Shown: piece after piece, positions 1 to 16,096 of the stretch
Position numbering within the stretch: the first letter of the stretch is position 1
How the letters are laid out: the number at the start of each line of letters is the position of its first letter
Assembly (NCBI RefSeq): GCF_009914755.1
Contig: NC_060939.1
Direction: 5' to 3' (one strand)
Source: the human T2T-CHM13v2.0 reference genome, Homo sapiens
DNA length: 64,000 bases
The notes under the pieces: generated by a model
Database searches by the model: none
What the model was told of the DNA's origin: nothing
What the model saw: the letters and a program-made list of their open reading frames with translations, nothing else
Translations under genes and position numbers: made by a program

Positions 1-766
1 TTTTTTTGTTTCATCCACTATAGGCAATAGGCCTCAAGTCTGCATTTGCAAGATGAGTCTATCCTTTTTATTTTTCCCACTTTGTACATTGCAACTTCTA
101 TCAGCTACACTTTTGTAATTTCCCTTGTGATTTCTTCTTTTTCCAGTGTTTGTTTAAGACTGCAGTGTTTAATTTGTGAATTTACCAGATTTGTTCATTG
201 TGGTCAGAGAAGACATTTTGTAGAATTTAATCTTTTTAGATTGATTGAGACTTGCTTTATGGCTGAACATATGGTCTATCCCAGAGAATTTTCCATGCGT
301 ACTTGAGAAGAATATGTATTCTGTTGCTGGGTGGGGTTTTCTATATATGTCTGCTAGTTGGTTTTATAGTGTACTTCAAGTCCTCTTTACTTGCTGATCT
401 TCTGTCTGGTTGTTCTATCCATTATTGAAGGTAGGGTATTGAAGTCTCCAACTATTATTGTAGAACTGTTTCTTCTTTCAACTTTGTCCATTTTGCTTCA
501 TGTATTTTAGATGTTAAGTGCATATACCTTTATAATTGTTGTACCTTCCTTATGGATTAACCAATTTTTCAATATAAAATGTTCTTCCTTGACTCTCATA
601 AAAATATTTGATATAAAATCTATTTAACGTAATATTAGTAGCTACTCTGGCTCTCTTTTGGTTACTGTTTGCATGGAATATCTGTTTCTATTCTTTCCAT
701 TTCATTCTATTTGTGTCTTTTAATCCTGTAGAAAGCATATACTTGGAGCTTTAAAAAAAAAATCCT

Positions 767-1098
<332 letters not shown>

Positions 1099-2907
1099 TT
1101 AATCTTTGAAGTCCTGATAAGGAAGGACACACATCTACCATTTTGTTACTTGCTTTCTATCTGTTGTATATCCTTTTTTGGCTCCTCAATTCTTTTATTG
1201 CTTTCTTCTTTTGTATTTAACTGATTTTCTTAGTGTACCGTTTTTGATCCCTTTCTTGTTCCTTTTACCATACATTTTCTAGCTATTTTCTTAGTTGTTA
1301 CCCTGGGGATTACAATTAACATTTTAATTTAGCTAGTTAGAATTAATACCAATCTAGTTGTAATAGTATATAAGAACTTTGCTTCTGTTTAACTCTACTC
1401 CCTTTTCTGTTACTATTTTCAGAAATTACGTCTTTAAACATTGTGTGCACATTATAGATTTATAATTAATTTTATACATTTTTCTTCTAAATCATATATT
1501 AAAAAGAGGAATTACCACCTTAAAAATTCAGTAATACTGGCTTTTATTATGCACCTGTGTAATTACCTTTCTTGATGTTATTTCTTCGTATGACTTCAAG
1601 TTACCAACTAGTGTTCTTTAATTTCCAGAGAATTTCCTTTAGCATTTCCTGTAGGTCAGGTATACTAGTAATAAATTCCCTCAGCTTTTGTTTATCAGGG
1701 AATGTCTTAATTTATCTCTTATTTGTGAAGTCCAGTTTTGCCATATATAATTTTGGGTTGACAGGTTTTTTTTTTCTTTCAGCACTTTAAATATATCATC
1801 CACTACTTTGTGGTCTCCATGATTTCTGATGAGAAATCAGCTGTTTTTCTTAGTGAGGATCCCTTGTCCATTATGAGTAACTTCTCTCTCACTACTTTCA
1901 AGATTGTCTCTTTATTTTTGTCTTTCAGTAGTTTGATTATAATGTGTCTTGGTGTGGATCTATGAGTTTATCCTAGTCAGAGTTCATTGAGCCTCTTGGA
2001 TATGTTGTTTTATGTCTTTTATCAAATTTGGGAAGTTTCTGGCCATTGTTTTTTCAAATATTCTTTCTGCTTTTTTTTTCTCTCATGTCTGTGCTTCCGA
2101 AACTCCCATTATGTTTATATTGGTATGCTGGATAGTGTCCCACAGTTTTCCTGGTTCTGTTCATTTATCTTTATTCTTTATTTAACCTCACTCCTCAGAC
2201 TACATAATTTAATTGACCTATCTAAGTTTACTGATTCTTTCTTCTGCCTGCTAAAATCTGCTGTTGAAACCCTCTAGAGAGCTTTTCAGTTATTGTACTT
2301 TTCAACTCCAGAATTTCTATTTGATTCCTTTTTAATTTCCATTTCTTTATTGATATTCTTTATTTGGTGAGACATCATTCTCCTGGTTTTCCTTAGTTAT
2401 TTCAGCATATTTAAAATAGTTGACTTAAAAGTTTTTGTCTAGTAAGTCCAATGCCTGGGCTTCCTCAGGGACAGTTTCTGTTCATTTCTGTTTTTCCTGT
2501 GAGTGGGTTAGTCTTTCTTGTTTCTTTGTATGCATCATATTTTTTGTTGAAACTGGACATTTATGTGACAACTCTGGAGATCAGATCATTCTTCCCCCCT
2601 AGGGTTTGTTGTTGCTGCTTGTTTTGATTGTTGTCTTCTATTTTTTTAATGACTTTCCTAATTATTTCTGTGAAGACTGTATTATTTAGCATGTGTACCC
2701 ACTGAAATCTCTGTTCTTTTAGCTTAGTGGTCAGTTAGTGATTTTCAGAGATTTTCTTAAATGCCTGGAGAAAAAAGGAAAAAATAAACCTCTCCCAGAC
2801 TCTATCGATTGGTTCTGTTTTGAGGCACTCTTTCACTGCTTATCTAGGCAGTTTACCACTCTGCCTTAACCTTCATTCCTGCTTGTGTGGAACCTGAAGA
2901 TCAGCCA

Positions 2908-2933
2908 GGGGTTAGGGTTAGGGTTAAGGTTAG
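2908..2933 (+). repeat. Short telomere-like (TTAGGG)n tract
   Basis: GGGG TTAGGG TTAGGG TTAAGG TTAG. Confidence 0.7.
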
Positions 2934-4980
2934 TGTCTTCTCAGGTCTTTTCCAAACATGTGTCTGACCCTGGACATATATGTGGCCTTTTAGATTCCCT
3001 GGACTCACAGGAGCTTCTCAAAACTCTATTCTCCCAGACATCTCTTTCCCTAGCCTCTTCCTTCTCAGCCTTTTTGGTCTGTCTGTTGCTTGCTGCAGCT
3101 ACTATCCTTTGTCCAATGTGGTGGCAGCTAATACATTTTTGCCTTTAACTACTTTCAACAAATGCCACTTAGAAGCCACCTCAGCCCTAGGGAAGCTCCA
3201 GGGCAAGTGATACAAAGGCAAGCCCTTGAGCTAATCCTTCAGAGAGCCACCAAACATGTCAAAACACACAACTACAACTTTTTGAGAATATGGTCTGCAT
3301 TGCTTCCTCTGTTGCCAGCAATCTGCACCAGGAATGTGGGCTGTTCAACTTCAAGGCCACCACCAAGCTGGGGAGTGGGGAATGGTAACAGGGTAAGTTA
3401 AGATGCTTCAGAACTCTCTTATTGAAATTCAGCAGTTTTTCTTTTCTTCATTAAGTGTTTCCCTGGTTTTGTAATTTATTAGATTCCAGATTTCTGAAAA
3501 AGTTGATTTTGTTTTTGGGGTTTTTTTGTTCCTAGCATATTTGTTGCTTTTGTGGAGGGATGGAGTGTTTCGGAGTTCCCTACTCTAGCATTTTTGCTCT
3601 CTCTTTGGGATTCCAATTTGGCTTTATTCTATGAGTTATACTTTTAAATTTCAAGATTAATGTCATTTATATCTGTTCTATAATCATAAAACTTTGTCAG
3701 TTGGTAGGATTTAAAACTTGAAAACTGGTAAACAGTATTTAAGTCTCTATAATATAACAATTTTTTACTTTACAGTAAAGAATTAAGCTATGTTTGTCTC
3801 CTTTTCCGCTTCCTAAGCCACTCCAAGAATAGTCATAGCATCAAATTCAAATGGACCCCTCTTCATTATACCTTAAAAGTTGTCCAAACCCATGCCACAT
3901 TTTAGTTTGCCCCATATTTGAGCCATGCCTTTCATATATAGTTTGTTTTTTTCTGGAGTTTCTGATTGCCTTTTTAAAAAATTGAACAAAGAAATTTACT
4001 GCTGTTTCTACATTTCTGACTTCTAGAATCTACTCTTTTTGAAGCCTGTCTCCGTGATCTAATTTAGACTCATCATTTGCTTTTGGGCCATTCTTTATAG
4101 TTTATTATTTTATATCATATTATTAGTAGCCTTTGATTTTTTTCTTGTATTATGTGTCTTTCTCATATCTTCAAGTATTTCTGTCCTCTCAACCTCTCGA
4201 TGGTAGAGTTCTTCGGATTTTGGTCCTGGGCTCTGTTTACACTCTCTGCTTTCCTCCTAGGCAGTCTCGTACATGCCTTTGACTTTAAATACTATTTATA
4301 TACTGAAGACACAAAAATATATACCTGTTCCTTTATGGTTTACCCACTTAGATTGTGTTTAGGAAAACAAGTCCTTTACCACATTGAGATTTTAAAAACA
4401 TTCTCCCATTTTGTCTTCCTAAAGTTTTAACATTTGGCCTTTTTTATTTAAATTTTTATTATACCTGTAATTGATTTTTATATTTGAGGTTAAGTTCTGA
4501 TTTGGGTGGGGAGGGGTTTTCCTTCCATAGGAATAATCAGTTACCCTAGTGCTATTTATTGAGTGTTCTTTCCTTTCTCATTGAACTGCAATGCCACTCT
4601 GTGAGACTTTTGTTGGCAGTGAGAGAAGTAGGTGGGAGAGACCTTTTGCAGATCTTCAATTAATGCCCCTGTGTTCAGTCTCACTTCTCATTCCCATCCT
4701 CCATCATACTTACTGTTAGTTGCTTTCCAGAGTTCCACTGAGCAATTTGGCTGCCATCTTTTTCTTATTTCCAGTGCATATTTGAGAACACAGCCCTTTT
4801 TTATCCTTCTTCATCACTTAACACTTTTTCTTTCTAGCTTCCAGAAATTTTCTGAAATCTCCTGCTGCCAATAGTCTTCCCCTACTGCACTTGTTGTTGT
4901 TGTGGGTTTATGTCTTTTTCATTACTTTACTATTCTTCAATGGGGTCTTGGAGGGAGAGCTTTTAAACACATGTGCTTAG

Positions 4981-5336
<356 letters not shown>

Positions 5337-6212
5337 TTAGAGGTTATATTTCTACATTTTCTGTAAGTCTTCAAAAAGATAATTAAATTTTATCATTTGG
5401 GACCCTGAATGATACAATTTAACTATTTCTGAACATAAAAAGCTAGTCAGAGGGCCGCAAAGTTTCTTACCTAGTGTTTCGATTTGTTTTTTAATACTGC
5501 ATAGGGTTTTCCATTTTTAATAATCATTTATATTTATAGTCTTTAGTATTTCATAATGCCAAAAAAGTGGATATTTCTTGGGTTACAATGTCTATAACCT
5601 TTGGCTTATGGGGGGGGCGTGTAACTAAATGCCTGGAAACAAGTCTCTATGAAAAAATTATAGACACAAAAAGGGAAGAAATTCTCTAAAACTTTGCTAT
5701 ATCCCACTAATGATTTCACTATTCACTGTACTTGGGACAGCTCTACAGTAAAATGACATATTGCAGGTTTCTTTTCTCTGGCAGAAATTGGAAAGTACTT
5801 GGTGTAATGTTTTTTTTTTGCTTACATTGGATGCATGCAGTGAAGCTGGGTTATTTTTGGTCATTTCCTGTCTATGAACACTGTGGTATTTTAGCCAACA
5901 CTACTATAATAAAATATAATGCATACAATGAATTTTCACACCTATGAATGTTGTAATAGAAATTCATAAAATAAATTATTATAGGAATCAGCACCACTTA
6001 TTCATTGGGAAAAGAATCTTCCGAAATATTTTAAGTCTTTCTGTTCAGGCCTGTTACGAAAAGCCTAAAGGTTAAAAAAACAATAATAATCCTCCTAAAT
6101 AATGTCTCTTTTCATCTAGACATTTAAGAGTATGTTCTACATTTAGCTGGGCTTTCAGAGTCATTATTGCATTGAGCTAGTCACCCTGTCTTTTCTTAGG
6201 GTCCTTTATTGA

Positions 6213-6535
<323 letters not shown>

Positions 6536-6919
6536 TCCTGACTTATTCTTATGTAAAGATCAAGTTGAATTGATGAAACTTTGGACTTAAATTAACCACT
6601 AAAAATCTTGAAGAGAATTCATATTTGATTTCATTCTGCCTGCTGTTATATAATTAATATTTCAGTTGGAGAATATAATTGGAAATGTATTGGACTTTAT
6701 GGGAAAACACATTTTAAACAGATCCTCCAGAGAAGAATACCAGCTTTCTTAGAGTACAGATTTAGACTAGACAGAGGTAGGAAACTGGGTCAGATGACCA
6801 GTTACCCACTCTAGAAATCTGACTCACACTTAATTCCACCCTTTCCTTCATTCTCCAGTCAACCACTAAGTCTTACTTTTATTTATTCTTGAATGTCTGA
6901 TAAATCTGTGTTCTCTTTT

Positions 6920-7160
6920 ATTAATAATAATCATGAAAATGTACTGAGCTAAGTATGAGGCATAGTTTAGAATATTTTTTTCTAATCTTCACAACAACTC
7001 TGAAAATATATGTATTATGATAATCATTTACATACAAGCAAACTGAAACTCAAAGAATTGAATAACTTGCCCCAGAAGTCATCAGTTACCAATGGCAGAT
7101 CTGGAATTTGAACTAAAGTCTATCTCACTTTCTTGCCATTGCCATTTTGACTACACCATA
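6920..7160 (-). mobile_element. MIR fragment
   Basis: aatcttcacaacaactctg...aaactgaaactcaaagaattgaataacttgccc...ggaatttgaac, the MIR core pattern. Confidence 0.6.
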
Positions 7161-7544
7161 CCCTTTTTTGTTATGCCAGCATATGGTCTAGTTGACACTT
7201 TTGCAATGGTCTCTTACTCATCCCCTACATTCAGCCTCTCCCTACTATGTCCTCCACAAAGTTGATTGACTTATCTGTCTGAAGTGGGGCTTTGAGAGCA
7301 GAGAGCATATCTTATTCATCTTTGTATCCCTAACACCAGTACCTAGATCCATGCATGATACTTTGGAGGTGCTTAAAAACTTGCATTGAATATAATCTCA
7401 TCACTTTTTAAATTTAAAAACCTTTTTCTGCTTCTGAACCATGCAGGATAAAATCTGACTTTTCAGGCTCATCTCCAGCTCCTACTCCCCTCCATGTTTC
7501 AATGTTCCTGCCCTGTATTTTAGTGTTCCAGCCATAGAAATATT

Positions 7545-8352
<808 letters not shown>

Positions 8353-8479
8353 GAAATTATTCTTACATAAATATATTATACATAATCAGGTTTTATTTTC
8401 CATACAAAATAATGTCTGTGTCAGGTTTGCGCATGTGCCCCTGAACTTAAAGTAGTCATTCCTGCGCCCTTCTTCATTC

Positions 8480-9070
8480 TGTTTTCCCAACTTCTGCTCC
8501 TGATAAAAATCTGCTATTTATCTCTCAAGGATCAGTTCAAATCCAACCTTCCTTTTTAAAATTGACTTTTCCCCTCTGGAAGAATTAGTCATTCCTTTCT
8601 CTGTGTTCCCTTAGCATATGGTTTAAATATTCGTTATATCACAATAAGCACATTATATTATATTTAATATATATATTCATCTTCCTCTCCGCCCCACCCA
8701 TCCAGATTGAGAGCTCTTTGAGGGCAAATATATCTTGATTTATTATATCCCCAATGCTTAACACAATATCTGACACATAATAAATTCTCCACAAAAACCT
8801 ATTTGTTTAATGAGATATTGAGGTCATTTTAGTTTAGAAATTATATCCCATGTGTTTATTAGGTTGATTGCAGAGGAGGATTAGAGCAGTTATATTTCTG
8901 AAACTATGACCCAGTAAAAGTGAGCAATAATTTTGCTATATCCAGAAACCTTTGTATGATCTCAGTGTTGATTGTTCTTATCAATACAGATGATTTAGTG
9001 GCATGTGCCAGAATTCTTAGCACAGTGTTTTGTAGATAGTGGGCTTTGAGGACATGTTTGGTGAATGAAA
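8480..9070 (+). mobile_element. L2 3' fragments
   Basis: ccagattgagagctctttgagggca...tatatccccaatgcttaacacaatatctgacacataata...tgaatgaa, L2 terminal motifs. Confidence 0.55.
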
Positions 9071-9899
9071 GAAAGAAAGAATTAATTAGTTAATTAATTA
9101 ATATGTGTGTATGTATAACTAAAAAGATGTACCCATATCTGCTAAGGATACAAGGAAAACTAGAAGAACAATCCCCAAAATATAAACATTGTTTGGCAAG
9201 CTAAGTCACTTTTTAATGGAGCTCAGAACACACTTTCCCAGAGGAGCAAATTTGTAAACATTGACCAGAGTTTAAGGCTAAACTCAAAAGCTTCCTTCAG
9301 AAAATAACTGAAATGGGTTAGGTGTTATATGGCCTGTTTACTAGGTGCTAGTGAAAAGGATGAGCCTGTCTGCAGCCCAGGAGACTTGCCGTTTGTTTTT
9401 ACCAAATGGGCATGTGATAGCTATATAAATTGGAAATTACTTCTGCTTTGTTTTGTAACCATGTCACTGTTTTACTGAATGTAGCCTTGTTTATTATGTC
9501 ACTTATTTCCTGAAGAGTTTACTTGACAAGCCCTTTACACAAAATAAATAATCCCTTTCTGATGACAGACTTTTTATTGTGGAGCTTATATTCTTAAACT
9601 TTTAATTATGTGGAAAAAGAAAAGCAAGACACTTTTAAATATATGATGTGGAGCAACATCATTTCCCAAAGGGTTTGTTGATGTTTTTGATACATAACTC
9701 TGATTCCCCATCATTTTTACATTAAACTTTTTTGCTGGTTACTGTGGCCATCAGGCGTCCCTATGTGGGTAAACCTTCTTGCTAAACCTGATTCTGTGTC
9801 TATATCACTGATTCTGCCCCTTTACTGAAACTATAGCTTATGGTTCAAACATCCTTCTTAAGATATAATACATACTCATTAAAAACTTCATCATTGTCC

Positions 9900-10090
9900 C
9901 ACTTCATTAATTCATCCAAGAAATATGTATTGAGCAGAGCATAGGCTAGGAGCTGTACTAGATGTTGGATCTACTATAGTAATCGTGACAAAATTCAAGC
10001 CCTCAAGGATCACTGTGTTTAGTAAGAGAGATATAGATAAGGCAACAAGTAATTGCAGTACAATGTGGCAAGTATTGTAATAGCAGTATG
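9900..10090 (-). mobile_element. L2 3' fragment, antisense
   Basis: ttcattaattcatccaagaaatatgtattgagc...gccctcaagga. Confidence 0.5.
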
Positions 10091-11010
10091 CACTCTTTTC
10101 ATCTTCTTTGTTTTAGTGGCAGTGAAGCTGTCCTTTGTTCTGTTCCAGTATTGATTATATAAGCAACCTCAATGAGATATAATCTAACTCAATGTATCAC
10201 ACAAAGCACAATGTATGGAACTAATTGTTAAGTTAGTTTTTCCTATTATCAGCCTTCACCTTTCTAAGATTATTATCTAAGACCATTCATGTACTACTAC
10301 TCATTGGATATTTGATTTTTGTCACATAATAATCATTGTCTTAAGTGCTAGTCTGGTAGAAATCAAGCCTTTTTGTATTTTCTTGGTTGCATATTCACTT
10401 AAAGTAGACTGATGTCATTATTCATCTTGTTATTGAATAAACAAATGTGTAGAAGGTTAACTGGTACCTCTGAAATAAGTATGATAAACAACAGGGCAGC
10501 GCTTTCTTAGTTTTATCCCTTAACATCATTGTAAATGTTTGAAGATATTTAATAATTCATTCAGTATACATTGTTAAAAGCTGATTACTAGATTTTGGGT
10601 CCCCAAAGATGAAAAAATATATAATCTTTAGCCTCACTCACTATCTGGAATAACAGGCAAAATTGTAAGCATAAAATTGTAATATAGTTATGAGAAGTGT
10701 GTTCCAGGAGTATACCAAAGACCATGGGAGCACAAATAAGAGCGAGACACTAATTTTAGTAGGGGCAAATAAATACTGGATGAAAGGAGAAATCCCAGAA
10801 GGAAAATGCAGAAACAAAAACCATGCTTTGTTTAAGTTTTGAGGTTGGGTAAAACAAATAGTTATGTCTCTATTCACAAAGCAGATAATATGAGTTGGAT
10901 TAAGATATTTCATTTATTCTCTAGCTATGATTTAGATAGCCTTATATAAAAAATGTGGCTTCTACCTTGGAAATAATAATTACCAAATTCAGTGCAGTAT
11001 GAGAAGCATG

Positions 11011-11048
11011 TATATATATATATATATATATATAGTGTGTATATATAA
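11011..11048. repeat. (TA)n microsatellite
   Basis: About 12 TA units plus a degenerate continuation. Confidence 0.85.
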
Positions 11049-11671
11049 TATAAATAATGATTCCTTTTCACTGTTTCTTATTTCAAAGTGAGGAGGAAAT
11101 CTACACTGATTTTACTGATTATAACTGTAGTATACACTTTAAAAATTTCAAAAACCATTGAAGTATCCAAAAGTAGAAAGTTAGAGTTACCCCCTAATAC
11201 AACCTCTGAGAAATAAACTATTTTTAGCAGTTATTACTTGGTTCATAAACATATTTTTATATGTATGGTTCTTACTATAGAAATACTAATTTGTAAACTG
11301 TACTTTTTTCTAGTCAGAAAAGTTTATAGATTGGGAAAACCTATCTGTGTTGACATGGAAAGATAACCATAATGTAGTAAACGGCTTGTTTTAAAACTAA
11401 AGGGAATATTAGTTATCTTTCATGGATAGAAATAATTTGGGTTTAGAGGTGATCTTTTTTGTTCATAACATGCCTCTTAAATTAAAATATATGATTAGAA
11501 TAATACAAAACTGCTAGATAGTCTATTGAAAATTAGTCTTTAATGCTCTAGGTTTAATTACTGAAATGAAAAAAGAATATAAAATTGTGAAGAGCTTTTC
11601 TGACAGGTCATTATACTGTTAGGTATTCTGCATGATATCTTTCATTTAAAATTATACTTTGGGTTTTCCAG

Positions 11672-11909
11672 GCCTCTAGACTCAGGACTCAACAATGCTT
11701 TACAAGGTTTATCTGTCATAGACACATACCTTGTTGAAGTGGACGGGGATACACTTTCCCTATATGGCTCAGGAGCACTGGAATCTCTGGATAGGAATTG
11801 GAGTGTTCAAACAGCAGGAATGATCACAACAGTCTCCTTCACTTTCATAGAATTTGATGAAATCGTCCAAGTGCTTCCTAAACTGAAGATTAAGTTTCCT
11901 AATTCTCTG
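11672..11909 (+). CDS. LRRC49: LRRC49 internal coding exon (A), 238 nt, phase 2 to phase 0
   Basis: Acceptor ttttccAG|G and donor CTG|GTAAAT. Translates (G)PLDSGLNNALQGLSVIDTYLVEVDGDTLSLYGSGALESLDRNW...KIKFPNSL, matching my recollection of LRRC49, and splices in frame to the next exon. Confidence 0.93.
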
Positions 11910-13099
11910 GTAAATATTTCCTTTTAGTAGTATATTTGAATATTCTTAGTCAATGACTTGTGTGTTCAGGCCAAAGACCTGTTTTAACTTGTATTTATGT
12001 AGTTTCTATCTGGCAGGAAGATTTAAGTTTTGTGTTGATTTTCTTGAGCTAGGATTTAAATTAGTATTCATAAATGGCCTTGAAGTTTTATGTTAACATT
12101 TGAAATTCTATCTCAAAAAAAATGATCCTTTGTGGAGTAGAAAAAGACTGATATAATTTTATTCAAGTTATATATTTCTACTTTATAAGTGATTCACCTT
12201 ACCACATAGCCTTATGTATTCACCTATGGTACCTGGTAATGGTGAAATGTATATTTACTGTATAATTTTTACAGTTGTCCCCTAACAATGTTGAAAATAA
12301 TTTTAATAGCTCATTAAAATTACTTTGAGAAATTAGCCTTCCTCAATTATGGTGTCATTGTATTATTTAGTATGCATTTGTAGAAACTGTGATTTCTGTA
12401 ATGAGTTCTCTCTTGAGTTTCTATTATTGTTGTGTTTTTCTCTGTCAGCCAAGAGACTTCCCTCACCTGCCTTTTTGGTGGGTTTTTGTTTTTATTTTCA
12501 CTTCATTCTCCCTAAAAAAGATAGTTAGAGGTGAAGACAGTATGTTTAGAAAAGAGCATCTAGATTCACAGACAGAATGCTTGCGTTAACATTGCAGTTT
12601 TAGTGATTTGATTTTTCTATAGCCAGTATAACTATCCTACGTAGTGTTTGGCAAGATACAAGTAATAATAACTAACTAGTTCTTCTCAGGAAAATTGTGG
12701 GGGCCTGTATTTATAAAGTTCTGAAATTTTCATTTCCAGTCTTTTTAAAAAAATTTATTTAATGTCAATGTAAAGCATATAAAATCAATAATTCCTGAAA
12801 GAATCTGCATTATTTGATATTTATGTATCTTTAAAGAATGTTGGTTTATAAGTGAGACTGTCATTTGTAGAAGGAGTCACCCAGAATTCAATATTGGATG
12901 GATTCCATCAATGGTGCATTGGATGAATTAAAGTTATGTAAGTTTAGTACATTCAGTTGATTTAATGTAATTGAAAACATATTTGCTAAGCCTAAAGTTT
13001 ACATATTTACCTGGGGAATGATTAGTGAAGCTTTAATGTTAATATTTCAATATGGTTAAAATCAATGTTCTGATCTGTATTTGTGTTTTATCATTGCAG

Positions 13100-13285
13100 C
13101 ACCTTAAATTCAAGGAAACAAATCTTGTAATGCTGCAGCAATTTAACGCACTAGCCCAACTCCGTCGTATTGACCAGTTGACAATTGATCCTCAAGGAAA
13201 TCCAGTTGTCAATTTTACACTCTGGAAATACTATGTACTGTTTAGGCTAAGCCATTTCAGTATGCAGAAAATAAATGGAACAGAG
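13100..13285 (+). CDS. LRRC49: LRRC49 internal coding exon (B), 186 nt, phase 0-0
   Basis: Acceptor ttgcAG|CAC and donor GAG|GTAAGC. Translates HLKFKETNLVMLQQFNALAQLRRIDQLTIDPQGNPVVNFTLWKYYVLFRLSHFSMQKINGTE (LRR/LRRcap-like GNPV...YVLFRL). Confidence 0.94.
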
Positions 13286-13699
13286 GTAAGCTAAAAACTA
13301 GATGAACTATAGAATAAAAATATTCCTTCTTAGTGAAAATAGTTACTTTAAATGTTTAGGAATTTAAGTAACCATGATAGAACATTTGAGATATAATGGT
13401 TTTTTTTAAATTGACATTTAAAATGTCAAAAGGCTAAGAATCTATTTTAAAACTTCCAAAGAACTAAATAAATTGTAAAAATAAAATAGTAACCAGGTTA
13501 TAGTAAATGGCAAATACTTATACTGTTGTTTGTAAGCATTCAGTGAAATAAAATGGTGGGGTGACAGTTAAAAATAAAAATAAAAAATAACTCTTTTATA
13601 AGTAATGTGATCTTTGTATTTCTCAAAGTACTTTGCAGACTGCCTGCTATGCAAGAGGGGATAAGGAAGTAAAACCTAAATGTCAACTAATAAGGGTAT

Positions 13700-13850
13700 T
13701 GTGGTAGAGAAAGGGAAGAATAAAATGGAAAAAAAAGGGGAGGAAGAAGATGACTTACAAAAAGAAGAGATGAAAAGGAGAAATAAGCCAGGAAGAAAGA
13801 TAAAATAAGAGAAAGTGAAAATAAGAGAAAAAGAAAATAAAATAAGTATA
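13700..13850 (+). repeat. GA/A-rich low-complexity tract
   Basis: Almost purely purine sequence. Confidence 0.6.
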
Positions 13851-15205
13851 AGTAAATGTCTGGAAAGCTTTGTTAATAGCTGGTAGCAACCACTGTGCCA
13901 TGACTACATTGGGTAACTCAGGTCTGGAGCTGAATAGCTGGAAAATTATTAGTGAAAAGTTATTTTTAGATTGATTCTGCTAAGCTTGTCACAAGGTAAT
14001 CCCCCAGCTACTCAAAAGCCATGTTCTTTTAAAATATTAATTTGGAAGGAAAGAGAGAAGCTATGCTTCCACCTCTACTAAATTTAAACACTCCTCCAGA
14101 GGAAAAAAAAAACATCTTTAATATGTTGTTAGTCTTATTACAATATCTCTTGAAATTCAGAAGACCTCTTTATTGTAAGATTAACTGTAATCAACTTTCT
14201 GGCACAGTAACTGTGTTTCCCTGCAGCTGATACAGTACAGGTAGATACTTAACTCCAAAAATTCAGCATACTATGAGGAGACTGTACATCTCTGGATCAA
14301 TGTACAAGCAGCTATATGAAATTTGCATCAACCATGGTATTTCTGTAACCTCAGAATCAGCCATCTGCTGAAGATGTTGGGTAAATCTGAATCTTCAGAT
14401 GACTTTTAATTTCTCCAGCTAGTTCTCAAGAGGGTTGGCTCAGTCTTGTGTACTCATGTATACTATTTGGTACTTCCCCCGAGGTGAGGTTGTGAGTCCC
14501 TGGAAGGACCTAATAATTAGTCCTAAAGGTTTTCAAAGTTAGCCCAGACTGGAAATAGAATGGTTATTTTTACTGTGGGTGACTGAGTCTCCCTTAATTG
14601 AGGTAACACACCGTTACCTCAGTTAACCCTAAATGGTGTATTTACCCAGATATGGATTATTACTAGAATAATACCCATTATTATCAAACTTTGAATCAGG
14701 AAGGAATAGTGTAGTTATATAAAGTGGAGAAGAATTAGAAAGAATTAGAAAGAACCAATATAATTTATTCTGATTTAAATTTCTGAAAATCTCAATGCCA
14801 GGGATATTTGACACTTTATTAAAATACCTAAAATATATTCCTGTTTGTTAGGTCCTTGACCTTAGATAGTAATGTTACACTGCATTTTTACTTCTCTGTG
14901 TATAAAAAAGAATGATATTGCTTGAGGTAGAATTAAATTGAATTAATAGCATCAAGAAAACATGGAGTAGTGGCCTGCATTGGCCACTAGGTGACTATAT
15001 TGGACCAAACACTACTTAGTTATTAGCTAAGGAAGAATTTGAAGTCTCCTTAACTGTGAAGATCCAGGGAAGGGAAGAGAGTTAGCCTGCACTGATTCAT
15101 AGGTATGTTTGTGAATTATTGGTTTGTTTTAAAGAAAATGCCTGTGAAGAGTATTACAGATAGTGTCAGGAACAAATTTTCAAAAGATCCAAAATTTAAT
15201 TATAC

Positions 15206-15410
15206 CAGGGTTTCTAAACCTTGGCTCTGTTGACATTTTGAGCCAGATAATTCTTTGTTGTGGGGGCTGTCCTCTGCATTGTGACATGTTTAACAGCAAC
15301 CCTGGTCTCTACCCACTAGATGCCCGTAATGTCCAGAAATAACTAAACATGTCTCCAGACATTGCCAGTTGTTCTGTAGGGGGCAAAATGGCTCTTGGCT
15401 GGGATCATTG
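15206..15410 (-). mobile_element. MER20 (hAT-Charlie MITE)
   Basis: Matches the reverse complement of the recalled MER20 consensus; 8-bp TSD AATTATAC (15198-15205) and AATTATAT (15411-15418). Confidence 0.88.
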
Positions 15411-16096
15411 AATTATATATAGACAAAAAAACAGTATTTAAAATGTAAGCAACCCTATTTTATATTAAAGAAAATATCCCCAGATAGTAATACAGGTACT
15501 GCTTTCAGCTTTTAGTACTTTCTTGGTTAATGTAAGAATGGGTCCTCATAGGGTATACTTGTGACAAGTTATTCTTTTTGGGGAGAAAGACTGATAGAAT
15601 GAACAGGAGCATCCTTGCTAATTCAGTGAAAGTTCCATCTCTCAGGAAGGGACAAAATTATCCCTATAGGAGCAAGGTATGACCAACACCTTGGCTTACC
15701 TTTGACACATTATTAAAATGAATCTATCCCATTGATACTTGGGAATTTTTTCCTCTAAATCATTCTAATCCAAGAAGCTATAGGATTTCTGAAAAAAAAA
15801 AATACTAAAAATTGAAGGTACCTCAAGTGTAATTCTCAGGAAAGACAGCTTCTAAATCAGAGCTGACTCATCACCTCCAATCAGCTTCCATCATCATGAA
15901 CCACAATTATACGTCTTCATTTTAACTCAAGAAAGAAAAATATCAATGAAAACTCTTCTTTCCACAGCACAGGAGAATGTGCTTTTGTGGGCTTAAAAGA
16001 TAATATTTAATTTGGATCTCTCTTTGGGATTATATCAGTTTTATTCAGCTAAGAGTTGGTGTCATTTTTTTACCCCTTTCTATTGTGTCTCTTCAG

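Noticed and set aside
9100-11600. Additional LRRC49 exons or an embedded gene in repeat-poor intronic DNA
   Set aside because: I found no ORF with convincing splice sites, and exons A-E already join in frame without gaps; conservation cannot be assessed without alignments.
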